DNA of 63,318 nucleotides, filler included, from Candidatus Desantisbacteria bacterium CG1_02_49_89 (GTDB lineage: Bacteria; Desantisbacteria; UBA1551): assembly GCA_001871075.1 (NCBI GenBank). It is 4 parts of 4 records of this genome, joined end to end, with 100 filler letters (N's around TTAATTAATTAA, not from the genome) between each part and the next. Parts side by side here need not be neighbours in the genome. Positions count along the whole stretch, not along the records: positions 1 to 17,145 come from MNUP01000124.1; 3 more parts are not named here. One strand, 5' to 3'. The notes beneath the pieces are model-generated. The model searched no databases and was not told where the DNA came from. It worked only from the letters and a program-made list of their open reading frames with translations. Below, piece by piece: positions 1 to 10,703 of this stretch (positions within the stretch are counted from its first letter, which is position 1; each line of letters starts with the position of its first letter). The translations under genes and the position numbers were made by a program.

Positions 1-2
1 CA

Positions 3-2930
3 ATGACACAGAAGGAAGCGATGAACACAGATAAAATCATTATTCGCGGGGCAAGAGAGCACAATTTAAAGAACATAAACGTGGAAATACCGCGCAACAA
101 ACTTGTCGTGATAACCGGCTTAAGCGGCTCAGGCAAATCCACGCTCGCTTTCGACACCCTTTACGCGGAGGGGCAGCGCAGGTACGTGGAATCCCTTTCA
201 GCTTACGCGAGGCAGTTCCTCGAGCAGATGGAAAAGCCCAGCGTTGATGAGATAACAGGACTTTCTCCCGCGATAGCCATACAGCAGCGCGCGGCAAGCC
301 ACAACCCGCGTTCCACTGTTGCCACAGTCACCGAAATTTACGATTACCTCAGGGTGCTTTTCGCCCGCATAGGCGTTCCCTTCTGCTACAAATGCGGCCG
401 CAAAATACAGCGCCAGTCCGTGGACGAGATCATCAGCCAGATAATGCAGTCGAGCGTCATACGTCATACGTCGCACGACATACGACGTCCGACGTCCGAC
501 GGGAGAATCGACATACTCGGCCCGCTTATCCGGGGCAGGAAGGGCGAATACAGGGATATAGTTGAAGATGTTAAAAAGCAGGGTTTTATCCGGGTGCGGA
601 TCGACGGGACGATCTACGATATTTCCGAGGAGCTGCCCAGGCTCGCGAAATATAAGAAGCACGACATAGAAGTGGTTGTTGACAGGATAGCGCTGACGCC
701 TGAAAACAGGAACCGGCTTGCGGATTCACTGGAAACCGCGCTCAAGATCGGCAAGGGCCTTGTCATGATACAATTCCATAGAGAAAAAATCCCCCTCAAT
801 CCCCCTTTGCTAAAAGGGGAGAAAGGGGGATTACGACATCCGACGTCCGACGCACGACGTCCGACGTTATTGTTCTCCGAACAATTGTCCTGCCCGAAAT
901 GCTCGATAAACTACGAGGAGATCTCGCCCAGGTCTTTCTCTTTCAACAGCCCTTACGGGGCCTGCCCCGGGTGTTTGGGCCTGGGCGCGAAAATGGTAGT
1001 GGACCCGGACCTTGTCGTCCCCGATAAGAACAAGTCGGTTAACGACGGCGCCATAGAGCCCTGGTCAAAAGGCATGGGATTCTACCGATGGAAAGCCGCG
1101 GCAAGCAACTGGTATCTTTCGATGATCGAGGATATCGCGAAAAAGCGGCGCATCGACCTGGATGTGCCTTTCGCCAGGCTGCCCAAAGAGCACCAGAATA
1201 TACTTCTTGTCGGAAGCCCGGAGGACAATTTCGAGGGCGTGATAACGAACCTGGAGCGCCGGTATAAAGAAACGGATTCTGAAAATGTCCGCCGGGACAT
1301 CTACGAGAAATACATTTCCTACGTGACCTGCTCCGCCTGCAAAGGGGACCGGCTGAAGCCCGAGAGCCTTTCGGTCAGGATAAACGGCAGGAACATATCT
1401 GAGATAGCCAGGATGCCGGTTAAAAGCCTTTTTGAATTCTTTGCGGATCTGAAGCTGAACGAACAGGAGCGCGTGATAGCGCGCGAGGTTATAAAAGAGA
1501 TCAGGGCGCGCCTGGGGTTCCTTGTGGATGTGGGCCTGGATTACCTCACGCTTGACAGGACAGCCGAGACGCTTTCGGGCGGGGAGGCGCAGAGAGTGCA
1601 CCTCGCCACCCAGATAGGGTCGGGCCTGGTCGGTGTGCTCTACATTCTGGACGAGCCCACAATAGGGCTGCACCAGCGCGACAACAAAAAATTGCTATCA
1701 ACCCTTGTAAGCCTGCGCAACCTCGGGAACACCGTTATTGTTGTGGAGCACGACAAGGAAACCATAATGTCCGCTGACCACGTCATTGACCTTGGGCCCG
1801 GCCCCGGGATCCACGGGGGCAGGATCGTGGCTGAAGGAACTGTCTCCGACATAATCAAATGCCCGGGATCGCTTACCGGCAAGTATCTGAAAGGGGAGCT
1901 TGCGATAAAAGTGCCCGGGGCAAGGAGGAAGCCGGCCGGTTTCATCACGATCGAGGGCGCTTCGCAGTTCAACCTGAAAGACATCACCGCGAAGATACCC
2001 CTGGGGATCTTTACCTGCGTCACCGGGGTTTCGGGTTCGGGCAAGAGCACGCTTGTGAACGAGATACTTTACAAGGCGCTTGCAAAAAGAATATATAACG
2101 CGAAGGACAAACCGGGCAGGTTCAGGAAGATACTGGGGGCTGAAAAAATAGACAAGATAATCATAATCGACCAGTCGCCGATAGGAAGGACCCCCCGTTC
2201 GAATCCAGCGACATACACGGGAGCGTTCGCTCCCATAAGGGATGTTTTCGCGATGCTGCCCGAGTCAAAGGCAAGGGGGTATTTGCCGGGAAGGTTCTCT
2301 TTCAACGTGAAGGGCGGCAGGTGCGAGGCATGCCAGGGCGACGGGGTCAAGAAAGTCGAGATGCACTTCCTTGCCGACGTTTACGTGACCTGCGAGGTCT
2401 GCAAGGGGGCGAGGTACAACCGTGAAACTCTTGAGATAAGGTACAAGGGCAGGAACATAAGCGAGGTCCTGGACATGATCCTGGAGGAGGCGCTTGAGTT
2501 CTTCAAGAATATCCCCCGGATCCACAGGAAGCTGCGGATGCTTAATGACGTGGGCCTCGGGTATATAAAAGTAGGGCAGTTCGCCACGACGCTTTCAGGC
2601 GGGGAAGCGCAAAGGGTTAAGCTCGCCACAGAGCTGAGCAAGATAGGCACAGGCAGGACCATATACATCCTTGACGAGCCCACTACCGGCCTTCACTTCG
2701 CTGACGTTGACAAGCTTTTAAGCGTGCTGCACCGGCTCACCGACGCGGGGAACACCGTTATAGTGATCGAGCACAACCTGGAAGTGATAAAAACAGCGGA
2801 TTACGTTATCGACCTGGGGCCTGAAGGCGGGGATGAGGGCGGAAGGGTTGTTGCGAAGGGCACTCCTGAGGAAATAGCCGGATGCGCCGGATCCTACACC
2901 GGCCAGTTCCTTAAAAAGATCCTGAAATAA
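3..2930 (+). CDS. uvrA: Excinuclease ABC subunit A, with two in-frame repeat-derived insertions
   Basis: [15 protein letters not shown]-terminus; two Walker A motifs ([16 protein letters not shown]); two LSGGEAQR signatures; Zn fingers. The start could be the ATG at 3 or at 21. Confidence 0.98.
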   Translation: MTQKEAMNTDKIIIRGAREHNLKNINVEIPRNKLVVITGLSGSGKSTLAFDTLYAEGQRRYVESLSAYARQFLEQMEKPSVDEITGLSPAIAIQQRAASHNPRSTVATVTEIYDYLRVLFARIGVPFCYKCGRKIQRQSVDEIISQIMQSSVIRHTSHDIRRPTSDGRIDILGPLIRGRKGEYRDIVEDVKKQGFIRVRIDGTIYDISEELPRLAKYKKHDIEVVVDRIALTPENRNRLADSLETALKIGKGLVMIQFHREKIPLNPPLLKGEKGGLRHPTSDARRPTLLFSEQLSCPKCSINYEEISPRSFSFNSPYGACPGCLGLGAKMVVDPDLVVPDKNKSVNDGAIEPWSKGMGFYRWKAAASNWYLSMIEDIAKKRRIDLDVPFARLPKEHQNILLVGSPEDNFEGVITNLERRYKETDSENVRRDIYEKYISYVTCSACKGDRLKPESLSVRINGRNISEIARMPVKSLFEFFADLKLNEQERVIAREVIKEIRARLGFLVDVGLDYLTLDRTAETLSGGEAQRVHLATQIGSGLVGVLYILDEPTIGLHQRDNKKLLSTLVSLRNLGNTVIVVEHDKETIMSADHVIDLGPGPGIHGGRIVAEGTVSDIIKCPGSLTGKYLKGELAIKVPGARRKPAGFITIEGASQFNLKDITAKIPLGIFTCVTGVSGSGKSTLVNEILYKALAKRIYNAKDKPGRFRKILGAEKIDKIIIIDQSPIGRTPRSNPATYTGAFAPIRDVFAMLPESKARGYLPGRFSFNVKGGRCEACQGDGVKKVEMHFLADVYVTCEVCKGARYNRETLEIRYKGRNISEVLDMILEEALEFFKNIPRIHRKLRMLNDVGLGYIKVGQFATTLSGGEAQRVKLATELSKIGTGRTIYILDEPTTGLHFADVDKLLSVLHRLTDAGNTVIVIEHNLEVIKTADYVIDLGPEGGDEGGRVVAKGTPEEIAGCAGSYTGQFLKKILK
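449..500. repeat. In-frame inverted pair of 7-mer arrays (GTCATAC / GTCCGAC family) inside uvrA
   Basis: gtcgagc gtcatac gtcatac gtcg cacgac atacgac gtccgac gtccgac. The same family is intergenic at ~10550-10580 and 27966-28071. Confidence 0.85.
787..866. repeat. In-frame CCCCC..GGGGG hairpin repeat plus CGACGTC-type 7-mer array inside uvrA
   Basis: aaatccccctcaatccccctttgctaaaaggggagaaagggggatt matches intergenic copies at 47978-48023 and ~40617-40652. It encodes [27 protein letters not shown]. Confidence 0.88.
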
Positions 2931-3125
2931 TTTCCACGAAAACACGAAAGTATCACGAAAGCACGAAATTCAGCCACGGATTGTTTGCTTCGCAACATTC
3001 TTTGTGAGCCACGTCGATAAACGACGAATTGCACGGATTTTTACTCTATAAACTTGTAAACTGTGTAAACTTTATAAACTGCCTTTAAGGCTTTTGCTCT
3101 GACACGCTGACACGCTGATACGCGT
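2930..3125. repeat. Composite intergenic repeat cluster (CACGAAA block, GCCACG..CACGGAT block, TAAACT repeats, CTGACACG 8-mers)
   Basis: The CACGAAA block recurs at ~58425 and ~62738. 3008-3041 is nearly the reverse complement of 61919-61952. Confidence 0.8.
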
Positions 3126-4613
3126 TTATTCCTCTGGCAATTCTGCTTCCCCTCCCTCGGGGAAGAGCGTGTTTTCTATTTTAGCGCGCTTGCGCACGTT
3201 CTTGAACCATTCCTGCAAAACCTGGTATTCCCTGGCGTTCTGGACTTCCTGCCTTAGTTCTGAAAGGGTTTCCGTGTCTTTAACCGCGATTGACTGCGGC
3301 ACGTTCTTCTCGACGACTTTCGCAAGCAGGTATCCTTCTTCTGTTTTAAGGGGACCGCTCCACTCGCCGGTTTTGAGGTTCAGGATGGATTTTTTCAGTT
3401 CAGCGTCGCCTTTTATCCCCGGTATTTCCTTCGTCACCCTGAATAACTGGGTTGTTTTTATGCCTGAGGCGTAATTTTTTTCTCCCCCGGTTTTAAGGCC
3501 CGCGGAAATCTCTTTCGCGCGGTTGCCCGCCATTTCTTCCTGCTTCACGGACACAACTTCTTCTTTTATTTCCTTTCCTGCTTCCCCGATCGCGGGGACG
3601 TGCGCCTCTATTCTTTGGACCAGCCTCAGTATGTAAAAGAACTTTTCGGATTCAAGCCTGTCGGTCAGTTCTCCGGGGTCTGAAAGCATGAACGCGGCCT
3701 GGCTGAAAAGCTGGAAATCCTGGTTGTCAAGGCTCTGCAGCCTGGTGAAAAGCGGTGTTTTGTCGTATTCCAGGTTATACCTGTTGCCTGTTTCCCTCAT
3801 GTCTTTTTTGTCCTTATCCATTTCGTTGTAGGCGCTCTCCATTGTTTTCTTAAGGTTGGATATGATGCCGTTCCTTATCCCCGAATCCGGGATGTCCTCT
3901 TCGCTTGGTTTGGGCGCGGCAAGGTATTCGACCTGCACCTGCTCGGGTTTCTTGTATTTTTCCTTGTTTACCTCGTAGAATTTCTGCAGTTCCTGGTCCG
4001 AGGGCTGGAAGGGGAAGGCTTTGCGGTCAAGGTATATGTAATCCATCCTGACCTGGGCGTTCTGTTCCCTGTAGTATCCCAGCAGGTCTTCGTCGCTTGT
4101 TTTCACCGTGTTCCTTATCGCAAGTTCCAGCTTCCTTGCCAGCAGCGTTTTCTTCATCTCAAGCGTCTGGGTTTTCCACCAGCTATTGGGAAGAACTTTC
4201 TTGCCCTGCATGTACCTGTTGGGGTCGAACTGCCCGCTCTCGTTCTGGAAGATCTGCAGGGATTTCAGGGCTTCATCTATCTCGTAGCCGGTGGTCTTCA
4301 TCCCGTTCTTCAGGGCTTCCTGGTACATAAGCTCGTTGAACACCAGGTTGTTAAGTATCATCCTTTTAAGATTTTCAGCCATGGCGTCGTCAAAATCGTC
4401 GCTGTATGTTTTCCTGTACCTTTCAGCCCACTGGCTGTAGACAGAGTTAAAATCTTCGTAGGTGACTTTTTTGCCGTTTATTTTTGCCACGTAGTTCTTA
4501 GGGCCGCCCCTTCCCGAGAATTGAAGCCCCCACGCGATGGCTATAGTGGCAAGGAACACGACTATGATCCCCCATATGATAGCTTTCATATTCTTGCGCA
4601 ATCCTTCAAGCAT
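3126..4613 (-). CDS. SurA/PpiD-like membrane-anchored chaperone / peptidyl-prolyl isomerase (SurA N-terminal domain)
   Basis: MLEGLRKNMK..IIWGIIVVF N-terminal anchor; VAKINGKKVT; FQNESGQFDPNRY; GEWSGPLKTEEGY rotamase-like end. A GGAGGG RBS precedes the ATG at 4613. Confidence 0.85.
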   Translation of the reverse strand: MLEGLRKNMKAIIWGIIVVFLATIAIAWGLQFSGRGGPKNYVAKINGKKVTYEDFNSVYSQWAERYRKTYSDDFDDAMAENLKRMILNNLVFNELMYQEALKNGMKTTGYEIDEALKSLQIFQNESGQFDPNRYMQGKKVLPNSWWKTQTLEMKKTLLARKLELAIRNTVKTSDEDLLGYYREQNAQVRMDYIYLDRKAFPFQPSDQELQKFYEVNKEKYKKPEQVQVEYLAAPKPSEEDIPDSGIRNGIISNLKKTMESAYNEMDKDKKDMRETGNRYNLEYDKTPLFTRLQSLDNQDFQLFSQAAFMLSDPGELTDRLESEKFFYILRLVQRIEAHVPAIGEAGKEIKEEVVSVKQEEMAGNRAKEISAGLKTGGEKNYASGIKTTQLFRVTKEIPGIKGDAELKKSILNLKTGEWSGPLKTEEGYLLAKVVEKNVPQSIAVKDTETLSELRQEVQNAREYQVLQEWFKNVRKRAKIENTLFPEGGEAELPEE

Positions 4614-4629
4614 CTGTTCCCTCCATAGA

Positions 4630-4760
4630 AGATGATTACGGTGATTTTTTAACTGATGATTACGGTGATTATTTAAAACAACCAAAATCAGTATTTGTCA
4701 ATTAATCTTAAGATATTTCAATAATCACTGTAATCTCTTTTAGAATCACTGTAATCACAT
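4630..4760. repeat. GATTACGGTGATT / AATCACTGTAATC ~22-nt-period repeats in inverted arrangement
   Basis: The same motif occurs at ~15210-15335, 29873-29912, 58520-58603 and 62834-62871. Confidence 0.75.
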
Positions 4761-4941
4761 ATTATACCAAAAAACAAGGAAAATGCAAGTAAAACTTGCT
4801 AAAATCTCAAAAATCTGATATAATAGATACGCTTGACTATAATATATATCAAGTTACCCCCGCAGATTTTTTATGAAATCTGGACGCGGGGGTCCTTTCG
4901 GGACAATTAACAATTTACAATTTAAAATCAAGGAGAAAGAC

Positions 4942-6000
4942 ATGGGTATATTTAAAAATATAGCGGATTTGTTCTTAAATGACATAGGAATAGACCTGGG
5001 CACTGCAAGCACCCTTGTTTACGTGAAAGGGGAAGGCATAGTTCTGACAGAGCCGTCCGTGGTGGCGCTTAACAAGGATACCGGCAAGGTCCTGACCGTA
5101 GGCGAAGAGGCAAAGCAGATGGTGGGCCGCACCCCGGCCCATATAGTCGCGATAAGGCCCATAAGGGACGGAGTCATATCCGATTTTGAGGTTACTGAAG
5201 CAATGCTGAGGTACTTTATCGAGAAATCGCAGAAGCGCATGAAGTTTGTCCGCCCAAGAGTTGTCATAGGAGTTCCTTCAGGCATAACCGAAGTGGAACG
5301 CAGGGCTGTAAGGGAGTCGGCTGAAAGGGCGGGCGCAAGGGAAATATACCTTATAGAGGAACCTATGGCCGCGGCGATAGGCGCAGGCATACCCGTTCAG
5401 GAAGCAGGCGGAAACATGGTGATAGACATAGGCGGGGGCACCACAGAGGTCGCGGTCATATCTCTGGGAGGCATAGTCGTCAGCAAATCCGTAAGGGTGG
5501 CAGGCAACGAAATGGATGAGGCGATAATAAATTATCTGAAGAACGAATACAACCTGATGATAGGCGAGCGCAGCGCCGAGGCGCTGAAGATCCAGATCGG
5601 TTCTGCTTTCCAGATGGAAAAGGAAGAAGAAATGGAAGTGAAAGGCAGGGATCTTATCACGGGCCTGCCCCGGACATTGAAGGTAACTTCCCAGGAGGTC
5701 AGGGAAGCGCTTTCAGAGCCCGTAAAGACCATAGTTGACAGCATAAAAATGACGCTTGAGCAAACCCCCCCCGAGCTTTCAGCCGATATAGTCGAGAAAG
5801 GGCTTGTCCTGTGCGGCGGCGGCAGTCTGCTGAGAGAGTTTGATAAGCTTCTTGCCCAGGAAACAGGCCTTCCCATACACCTTGTTGAGGATCCGATGCA
5901 GTGCGTTGTGAAGGGAACAGGCAAGGTGCTCGAAGAACTGCAAACCCTCAGGGAAGTCCTCAGAGAGCGCACAAAATGCGAAGAACACACCCTCACTTAA
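4942..6000 (+). CDS. mreB: Rod shape-determining protein MreB
   Basis: [56 protein letters not shown] before the ATG at 4942. Confidence 0.98.
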   Translation: MGIFKNIADLFLNDIGIDLGTASTLVYVKGEGIVLTEPSVVALNKDTGKVLTVGEEAKQMVGRTPAHIVAIRPIRDGVISDFEVTEAMLRYFIEKSQKRMKFVRPRVVIGVPSGITEVERRAVRESAERAGAREIYLIEEPMAAAIGAGIPVQEAGGNMVIDIGGGTTEVAVISLGGIVVSKSVRVAGNEMDEAIINYLKNEYNLMIGERSAEALKIQIGSAFQMEKEEEMEVKGRDLITGLPRTLKVTSQEVREALSEPVKTIVDSIKMTLEQTPPELSADIVEKGLVLCGGGSLLREFDKLLAQETGLPIHLVEDPMQCVVKGTGKVLEELQTLREVLRERTKCEEHTLT

Positions 6001-6035
6001 AAACAGTCTATTACCTTATGGTACAAATTTTTAGT

Positions 6036-6142
6036 GTCTTTGCGAGGAGCGGCAGCGACGAAGCAATCTCGTATGCAGATTGCTTCCCCGCCACGAATAT
6101 TTCCTCCATAAGAATTGGCGGACAAAGGCGGGTCGCAATGAC
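6036..6142. repeat. GTCATTGCGA..GCAATCT..AGATTGC..TCGCAATGAC palindromic element with nested CCGCC/GGCGG hairpin
   Basis: Related copies at 57180-57251, inside the 166-bp MITEs, and partial copies at ~12757, 16834, 35840 and 40557. Confidence 0.8.
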
Positions 6143-6190
6143 CTGCTGGTTGAAAAGTAATGTTATAGAATACCAGTTTTGGCAGGATAT

Positions 6191-6937
6191 ATGACCCGCA
6201 GACACATACTTATCTGGCTGCTTGCAGCAGTAGCAGTCCTCACATTTATTTCGCCCCCCTTCATGCCCGCGGTAAAGGCAGTGATCCTGTTTCCTTCCAG
6301 GGCAGTGACAGCCACCCTGCGCAGTATCTCAGGGTTTTTTTCTTTTGTGGCGAGAGTGAAAAAAATAGACGGCGAAAACTTTGAGCTTAAAAAACACATT
6401 ACCGAGCTTGAAACCGAGAATTCGGTGATCAGGGCGAGGATTTCCGACCTGGAAAGGGTTGCCAGGTACAAATACCTCGGCACCAGGTTTGTAGTGTCAG
6501 GTATAATCGCGCGGGAACCCACGAACTGGTTCAAGACCGTTACGGTTGACGCCGGTTCCGATGACGGCATCGCCAGCGGCATGTCCGTTGTCCTGCCGCA
6601 GGGCGTGGTCGGAAGGGTGATAGGGGTGGACCGCGGTTCCGCGGTTGTGATGCTGGCGGTTGACAATAGCTCCAGGATCTCGGCGATCGCCTCGCCGACA
6701 AGGGAACTGGGCATGATCGAGGGCACGGGCCAGGGCCTGCTGCTGAGGTTTTTTTCAGCCGCGGTCCGGGCAAAACCCGGGGATGCGGTCCTGACCTCCG
6801 GGCTTGGGGGGATCTTCCCCAAAGGCCTTGAAATAGGAAGGATCTCCGCGGTCAAAACAGGCGGGCTTGTTGCGGTTGCCGAAGTTGTGCCCGCGGTTGA
6901 GTTCAACAAACTGGAAGAAGTCCTTATAATGAAATGA
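6191..6937 (+). CDS. mreC: Rod shape-determining protein MreC
   Basis: N-terminal TM plus coiled coil; VTVDAGSDDGI, GVVGRV, GDAVLTSGLGGIFPKGLEIG; follows mreB. Confidence 0.95.
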   Translation: MTRRHILIWLLAAVAVLTFISPPFMPAVKAVILFPSRAVTATLRSISGFFSFVARVKKIDGENFELKKHITELETENSVIRARISDLERVARYKYLGTRFVVSGIIAREPTNWFKTVTVDAGSDDGIASGMSVVLPQGVVGRVIGVDRGSAVVMLAVDNSSRISAIASPTRELGMIEGTGQGLLLRFFSAAVRAKPGDAVLTSGLGGIFPKGLEIGRISAVKTGGLVAVAEVVPAVEFNKLEEVLIMK

Positions 6938-6944
6938 AGGGGAA

Positions 6945-7553
6945 ATGTCGCAATTCGCGTATTACTTATTAGGGACCGCGTGCCTCTGCCTTGCCTTTAT
7001 AATCCAGATGAGCATCGGCAATTTTATACAGATAGTGTCCGTGAAACCCGCGCTCGCCCTGATCCCGCTTGTTTTTTTCACCCTGGGGATCTACCCGAAA
7101 TTTTTCTCAGGTCTGACCTTCAACGCTGCCTCACCGAAAGCCGGCAGGATGAAATTCCAGACCCGGTGGTATGCGCCCCGCGAAATGCCGATGGAAAACC
7201 TTTTGCGCGGCCTGGTGCTGGGGTTTCTGGCAGGGCTTATGGAGGGCGCGAATTCAGGATTTGTCGCAGGCTCTGTTCTTTCGTGGTGCGCGGCGGGCGC
7301 TTTCCTGGGCATTGTTTCAGGCCCGATCAACAGGGACAACGAATTCGTGATCTCGATACTTCTTTTTACTTCAGTGTTTATCCAGGCGCTGGTCTTCTCG
7401 TTTTTGCTTGTGGCAAGGTCGGAAGATTATCCGCTGGGGCCCTGCGCGTGGGCAGCGCTGATCTCGGCGCTTTATACCACGGTGCTTGGAACAGTTGCCA
7501 TAAGGTTTTTTGAGAAGAAAAAAACCGCCAGCGTGATCCGGTTCGGAGCGTAA
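6945..7553 (+). CDS. mreD: Rod shape-determining protein MreD (with an extra loop)
   Basis: Polytopic membrane protein between mreC and mrdA; VKPALALI and GLVLGFLAGLMEG motifs. Confidence 0.75.
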   Translation: MSQFAYYLLGTACLCLAFIIQMSIGNFIQIVSVKPALALIPLVFFTLGIYPKFFSGLTFNAASPKAGRMKFQTRWYAPREMPMENLLRGLVLGFLAGLMEGANSGFVAGSVLSWCAAGAFLGIVSGPINRDNEFVISILLFTSVFIQALVFSFLLVARSEDYPLGPCAWAALISALYTTVLGTVAIRFFEKKKTASVIRFGA

Positions 7554-9347
7554 ATGAAAAGGCATCAGGTATTCGCATACATCCTTTCCGTTGTTTTCCT
7601 GGTTCTCTGCGTAAGGCTTTTTTTCCTGCAGGTGGTCAGGGGGGAATTTTACAGGGAAAGGTCTGAGCATAACAGGATACAGGTGCTGAAGGATTTCGCG
7701 CCGCGCGGCGCCATATACGACAGGAACCGCGAGATCATCGTAGGCAACAGGCCGTCCTTCTGCGTATATATCATTCCCTGGCTGGCGCGGAACAAGATCG
7801 ACGGCGTTCTGAACGGGCTGTGCAGGATAATTCCGCTGAACCCCCAGGAGATAAAGGCGAAGATAGAAAACCAGCGCTTCCGTCCGTTCCAGCCCATAAC
7901 CCTGAAAGAGGACGCGTCACCCCTGGAGATGAGCAGGATCCTGGAATGCCAGCTGGATTTCCCGGGAGTTTTTGTCCAGGCAAGGCCCTGGAGGAACTAC
8001 CCGGACGGCAGGACCTGCGCCCACGTTCTGGGCTATATCCAGGAAATAAGCAACGATGACCTTGAGAAATTAAAGGACCAGGGATACCAGCAGGGCGATT
8101 TCCTGGGCCAGACCGGCATAGAGAAAGCATACGAGAAATACCTTAAAGGCGTTGACGGCGGAACCGAAATAGAGGTTGACGTGATGGGCAGGCCCGCCCA
8201 GCCGCCGCATGTCCTAGCCCAGAAAGAACCCTCTCAGGGCGCTGACATTCTCCTTACTATCGACCGGAAGGTCCAGGAGGCCTGCGAAAAAGCCCTGGGC
8301 AAAATGGCGGGCGCTATAATTGTCATGAACCCGGAAAACGGCGATATCCTTGGCATCGCTTCCAAGCCTGATTTTGACCCGGCCATGTTCACCAGCACCA
8401 TCCCTTCCGACCAGTGGAAAAGAATGGTCAGGAACCCCCGCAATCCTTTTGCCAACAAAGCCATCCAAAGCGTTTACCCGCCGGGCTCAGCGTTTAAATT
8501 TATTGTCGTGGCAGCAGCGCTTGAAAAAGGGGTCATAAAACCGGACGATGTTTTTAAGTGCGAGGGCAAGATCCCCGTTGGCGGAAGGGTTTACAGGTGC
8601 TGGAAGGAAGAAGGCCACGGCTGGATCAGCCTGAAACGCGCCGTTGCCGAATCCTGCGACGTGTATTTCTACCACCTGGGGGCAAAGGTCGGGCCTGAGG
8701 TGTTAAGCGAATACGCGAAATCCTTCGGGCTGGGCAGCGCGCTGGGCATTAGCATAGCAGGCGAGAAAAAAGGGCTTGTGCCTTCTCCGGCCTGGAAAAA
8801 GAAAAGAAAGGAAAAATGGTTCCTTGGGGATACCCTCAACTTTTCAATAGGGCAGGGCCTGCTTCTTGTAACCCCCCTTCAGATGGCAGGCGCGATGTGC
8901 GTGGTATTTAACGGGGGAAAGCTTTACCAGCCCAGGCTTGTCAGCCAGGTTATCAGACGGGGTGAAGGTAACATGAAATTCAAGCCCGTGCTATCGGGGA
9001 GCATAACACTTAAGAGCACGACGGTATCTGTGCTTCAGGACGCGCTCAGGAGCGTGGTTACCTCAGGCACAGGCTTTGGCGCAGGTATCCCCGAGGCGGA
9101 CGTATACGGGAAAACAGGCACGGCACAGAATCCTTTCGGCGAGGACCATGCCTGGTTTGTAGGCTACGCCAAACCTGTTGAGGGAAAGGCGGTCCCGGGT
9201 TCTGCGCCGGTTGTGATCTGTGTTTTTCTTGAGAACGGCGGAAGCGGCGGGCAGGTAGCCTGCCCCGCGGCGGCTTATGTCCTGTCCAGCATCTACCGCC
9301 CGTCTTTAGCTACCCCAAATACGTCCGCAAACACCGCCTCTTTTTAA
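7554..9347 (+). CDS. mrdA: Penicillin-binding protein 2
   Basis: RLFFLQV, APRGAIYDRN, YPPGSAFK (SxxK), SCDVYFY, GKTGTAQ. Confidence 0.97.
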   Translation: MKRHQVFAYILSVVFLVLCVRLFFLQVVRGEFYRERSEHNRIQVLKDFAPRGAIYDRNREIIVGNRPSFCVYIIPWLARNKIDGVLNGLCRIIPLNPQEIKAKIENQRFRPFQPITLKEDASPLEMSRILECQLDFPGVFVQARPWRNYPDGRTCAHVLGYIQEISNDDLEKLKDQGYQQGDFLGQTGIEKAYEKYLKGVDGGTEIEVDVMGRPAQPPHVLAQKEPSQGADILLTIDRKVQEACEKALGKMAGAIIVMNPENGDILGIASKPDFDPAMFTSTIPSDQWKRMVRNPRNPFANKAIQSVYPPGSAFKFIVVAAALEKGVIKPDDVFKCEGKIPVGGRVYRCWKEEGHGWISLKRAVAESCDVYFYHLGAKVGPEVLSEYAKSFGLGSALGISIAGEKKGLVPSPAWKKKRKEKWFLGDTLNFSIGQGLLLVTPLQMAGAMCVVFNGGKLYQPRLVSQVIRRGEGNMKFKPVLSGSITLKSTTVSVLQDALRSVVTSGTGFGAGIPEADVYGKTGTAQNPFGEDHAWFVGYAKPVEGKAVPGSAPVVICVFLENGGSGGQVACPAAAYVLSSIYRPSLATPNTSANTASF

Positions 9348-9447
9348 AGACGCACATGGCACATAGCTAATGGCATATGGCAACAACAAGGATTTTTAGT
9401 ATTTTTTAGCGAAGCACGAAGCACGATGCACGAAGAACGAGGAAGAA

Positions 9448-10542
9448 ATGTTATTCGATCGCCGCTTACTAAAAAATTTCGATTTGTGGCTTGTTATAAT
9501 TTGCCTTTTGCTTGTCTCGGCCGGCATTGCCGCGATCTATAGCGCGACGCGGCTTACCGATTACAGCGACCTTTTCGTCAGGCAGATGATGTGGGCCGGC
9601 GCCGGGCTTGCCGTTATGCTGGGAATGACCTTTTTCAATTACCGCATCCTGAAGGAATGGGGTTATGGTATTTACATAGTCAGCATCATAATGCTTGTCG
9701 GGGTGCTGCTCTTCGGAAAAACGGCCCTGGGCGCGCAGAGGTGGTTCAAGCTGGGCCCTCTTTCGTTCCAGCCGTCAGAATTCGCAAAGCTCGCTTTTAT
9801 CATAGTTCTTGCCGGGTACCTTACGCCCGAAGGCATGGAGAAGAGAAAGCCTGCGTTCCAGGACCTTATGGTCCCGGTCCTTCTGCTGTTCCCGCTTTTC
9901 ATTCTTGTTCTTGTCCAGCCTGACCTGGGCACAGCCATTGTGTTCGTGCCTGTGATGCTTGCGATGCTGCTTTTCGCCGGGTTCAGGGCATGGCAGATCT
10001 TCGCGCTCCTTGGCGCCGGCTGCGCGTTTTTACCGGTTGCCTGGACATTCCTCAAAGACTACCAGCGCACGAGGCTGCTTGTTTTTCTTAACCCGAAACT
10101 GGACCCCCTGGGTTCGGGATACCACCTTATACAGTCAAAAATAACTATTGGCTCCGGAAAATTCCTGGGCAAGGGATTCCTGGGAGGCACCCAGACACAG
10201 CTAAGGTTCCTTCCCAAGCAGCATACCGACTTCATATTCACGGTCATAGGCGAGGAATTTGGTTTCCTGGGAGCGATAATACTGCTTGTTCTTTTCATGC
10301 TGCTTTCATACAGGGCGTTAAAGGCCACTTCCACAAGGGACATGTTCGGAAGGCTTGTTGTCGTCGGCATATTGACCATCATTGTTTTCCAGGTATTCGT
10401 GAACATGGGCATGTGCATAGGGCTTATGCCTGTCACAGGCCTGCCGCTGCCTTTTTTAAGTTATGGCGGCTCAGCGCTTTTGTTCTCGTTTGCCGGGATC
10501 GGGCTGATACTGAACGTCCGCATGCGCCACTTCATGTTCTGA
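9448..10542 (+). CDS. rodA: Rod shape-determining SEDS glycosyltransferase RodA
   Basis: GAQRWF, FQPSEFAK, QPDLGTA, FLPKQHTDFIF, GLPLPFLSYGGS. Confidence 0.97.
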   Translation: MLFDRRLLKNFDLWLVIICLLLVSAGIAAIYSATRLTDYSDLFVRQMMWAGAGLAVMLGMTFFNYRILKEWGYGIYIVSIIMLVGVLLFGKTALGAQRWFKLGPLSFQPSEFAKLAFIIVLAGYLTPEGMEKRKPAFQDLMVPVLLLFPLFILVLVQPDLGTAIVFVPVMLAMLLFAGFRAWQIFALLGAGCAFLPVAWTFLKDYQRTRLLVFLNPKLDPLGSGYHLIQSKITIGSGKFLGKGFLGGTQTQLRFLPKQHTDFIFTVIGEEFGFLGAIILLVLFMLLSYRALKATSTRDMFGRLVVVGILTIIVFQVFVNMGMCIGLMPVTGLPLPFLSYGGSALLFSFAGIGLILNVRMRHFMF

Positions 10543-10703
10543 TAAGTGCCGTCGAGCGTCTTACGTCGTACGTCATACGCTGGATACAAAATTTATTTAG
10601 AAAATAGACAGCATTTTTTATTTTTCGTAGGGCAAACCTTTAGGTTTGCTGAGTAGAAGATGTATTTGATATATATTCTTTCAACTGTTTAACGGGAGGA
10701 GAA

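Noticed and set aside
4614-4685. N-terminal extensions given by the ORF track (also mreB, MBL nuclease, beta-galactosidase, TusA, dfx)
   Set aside because: They run through repeats or UTRs. Downstream ATGs have better RBSs and match family N-termini.
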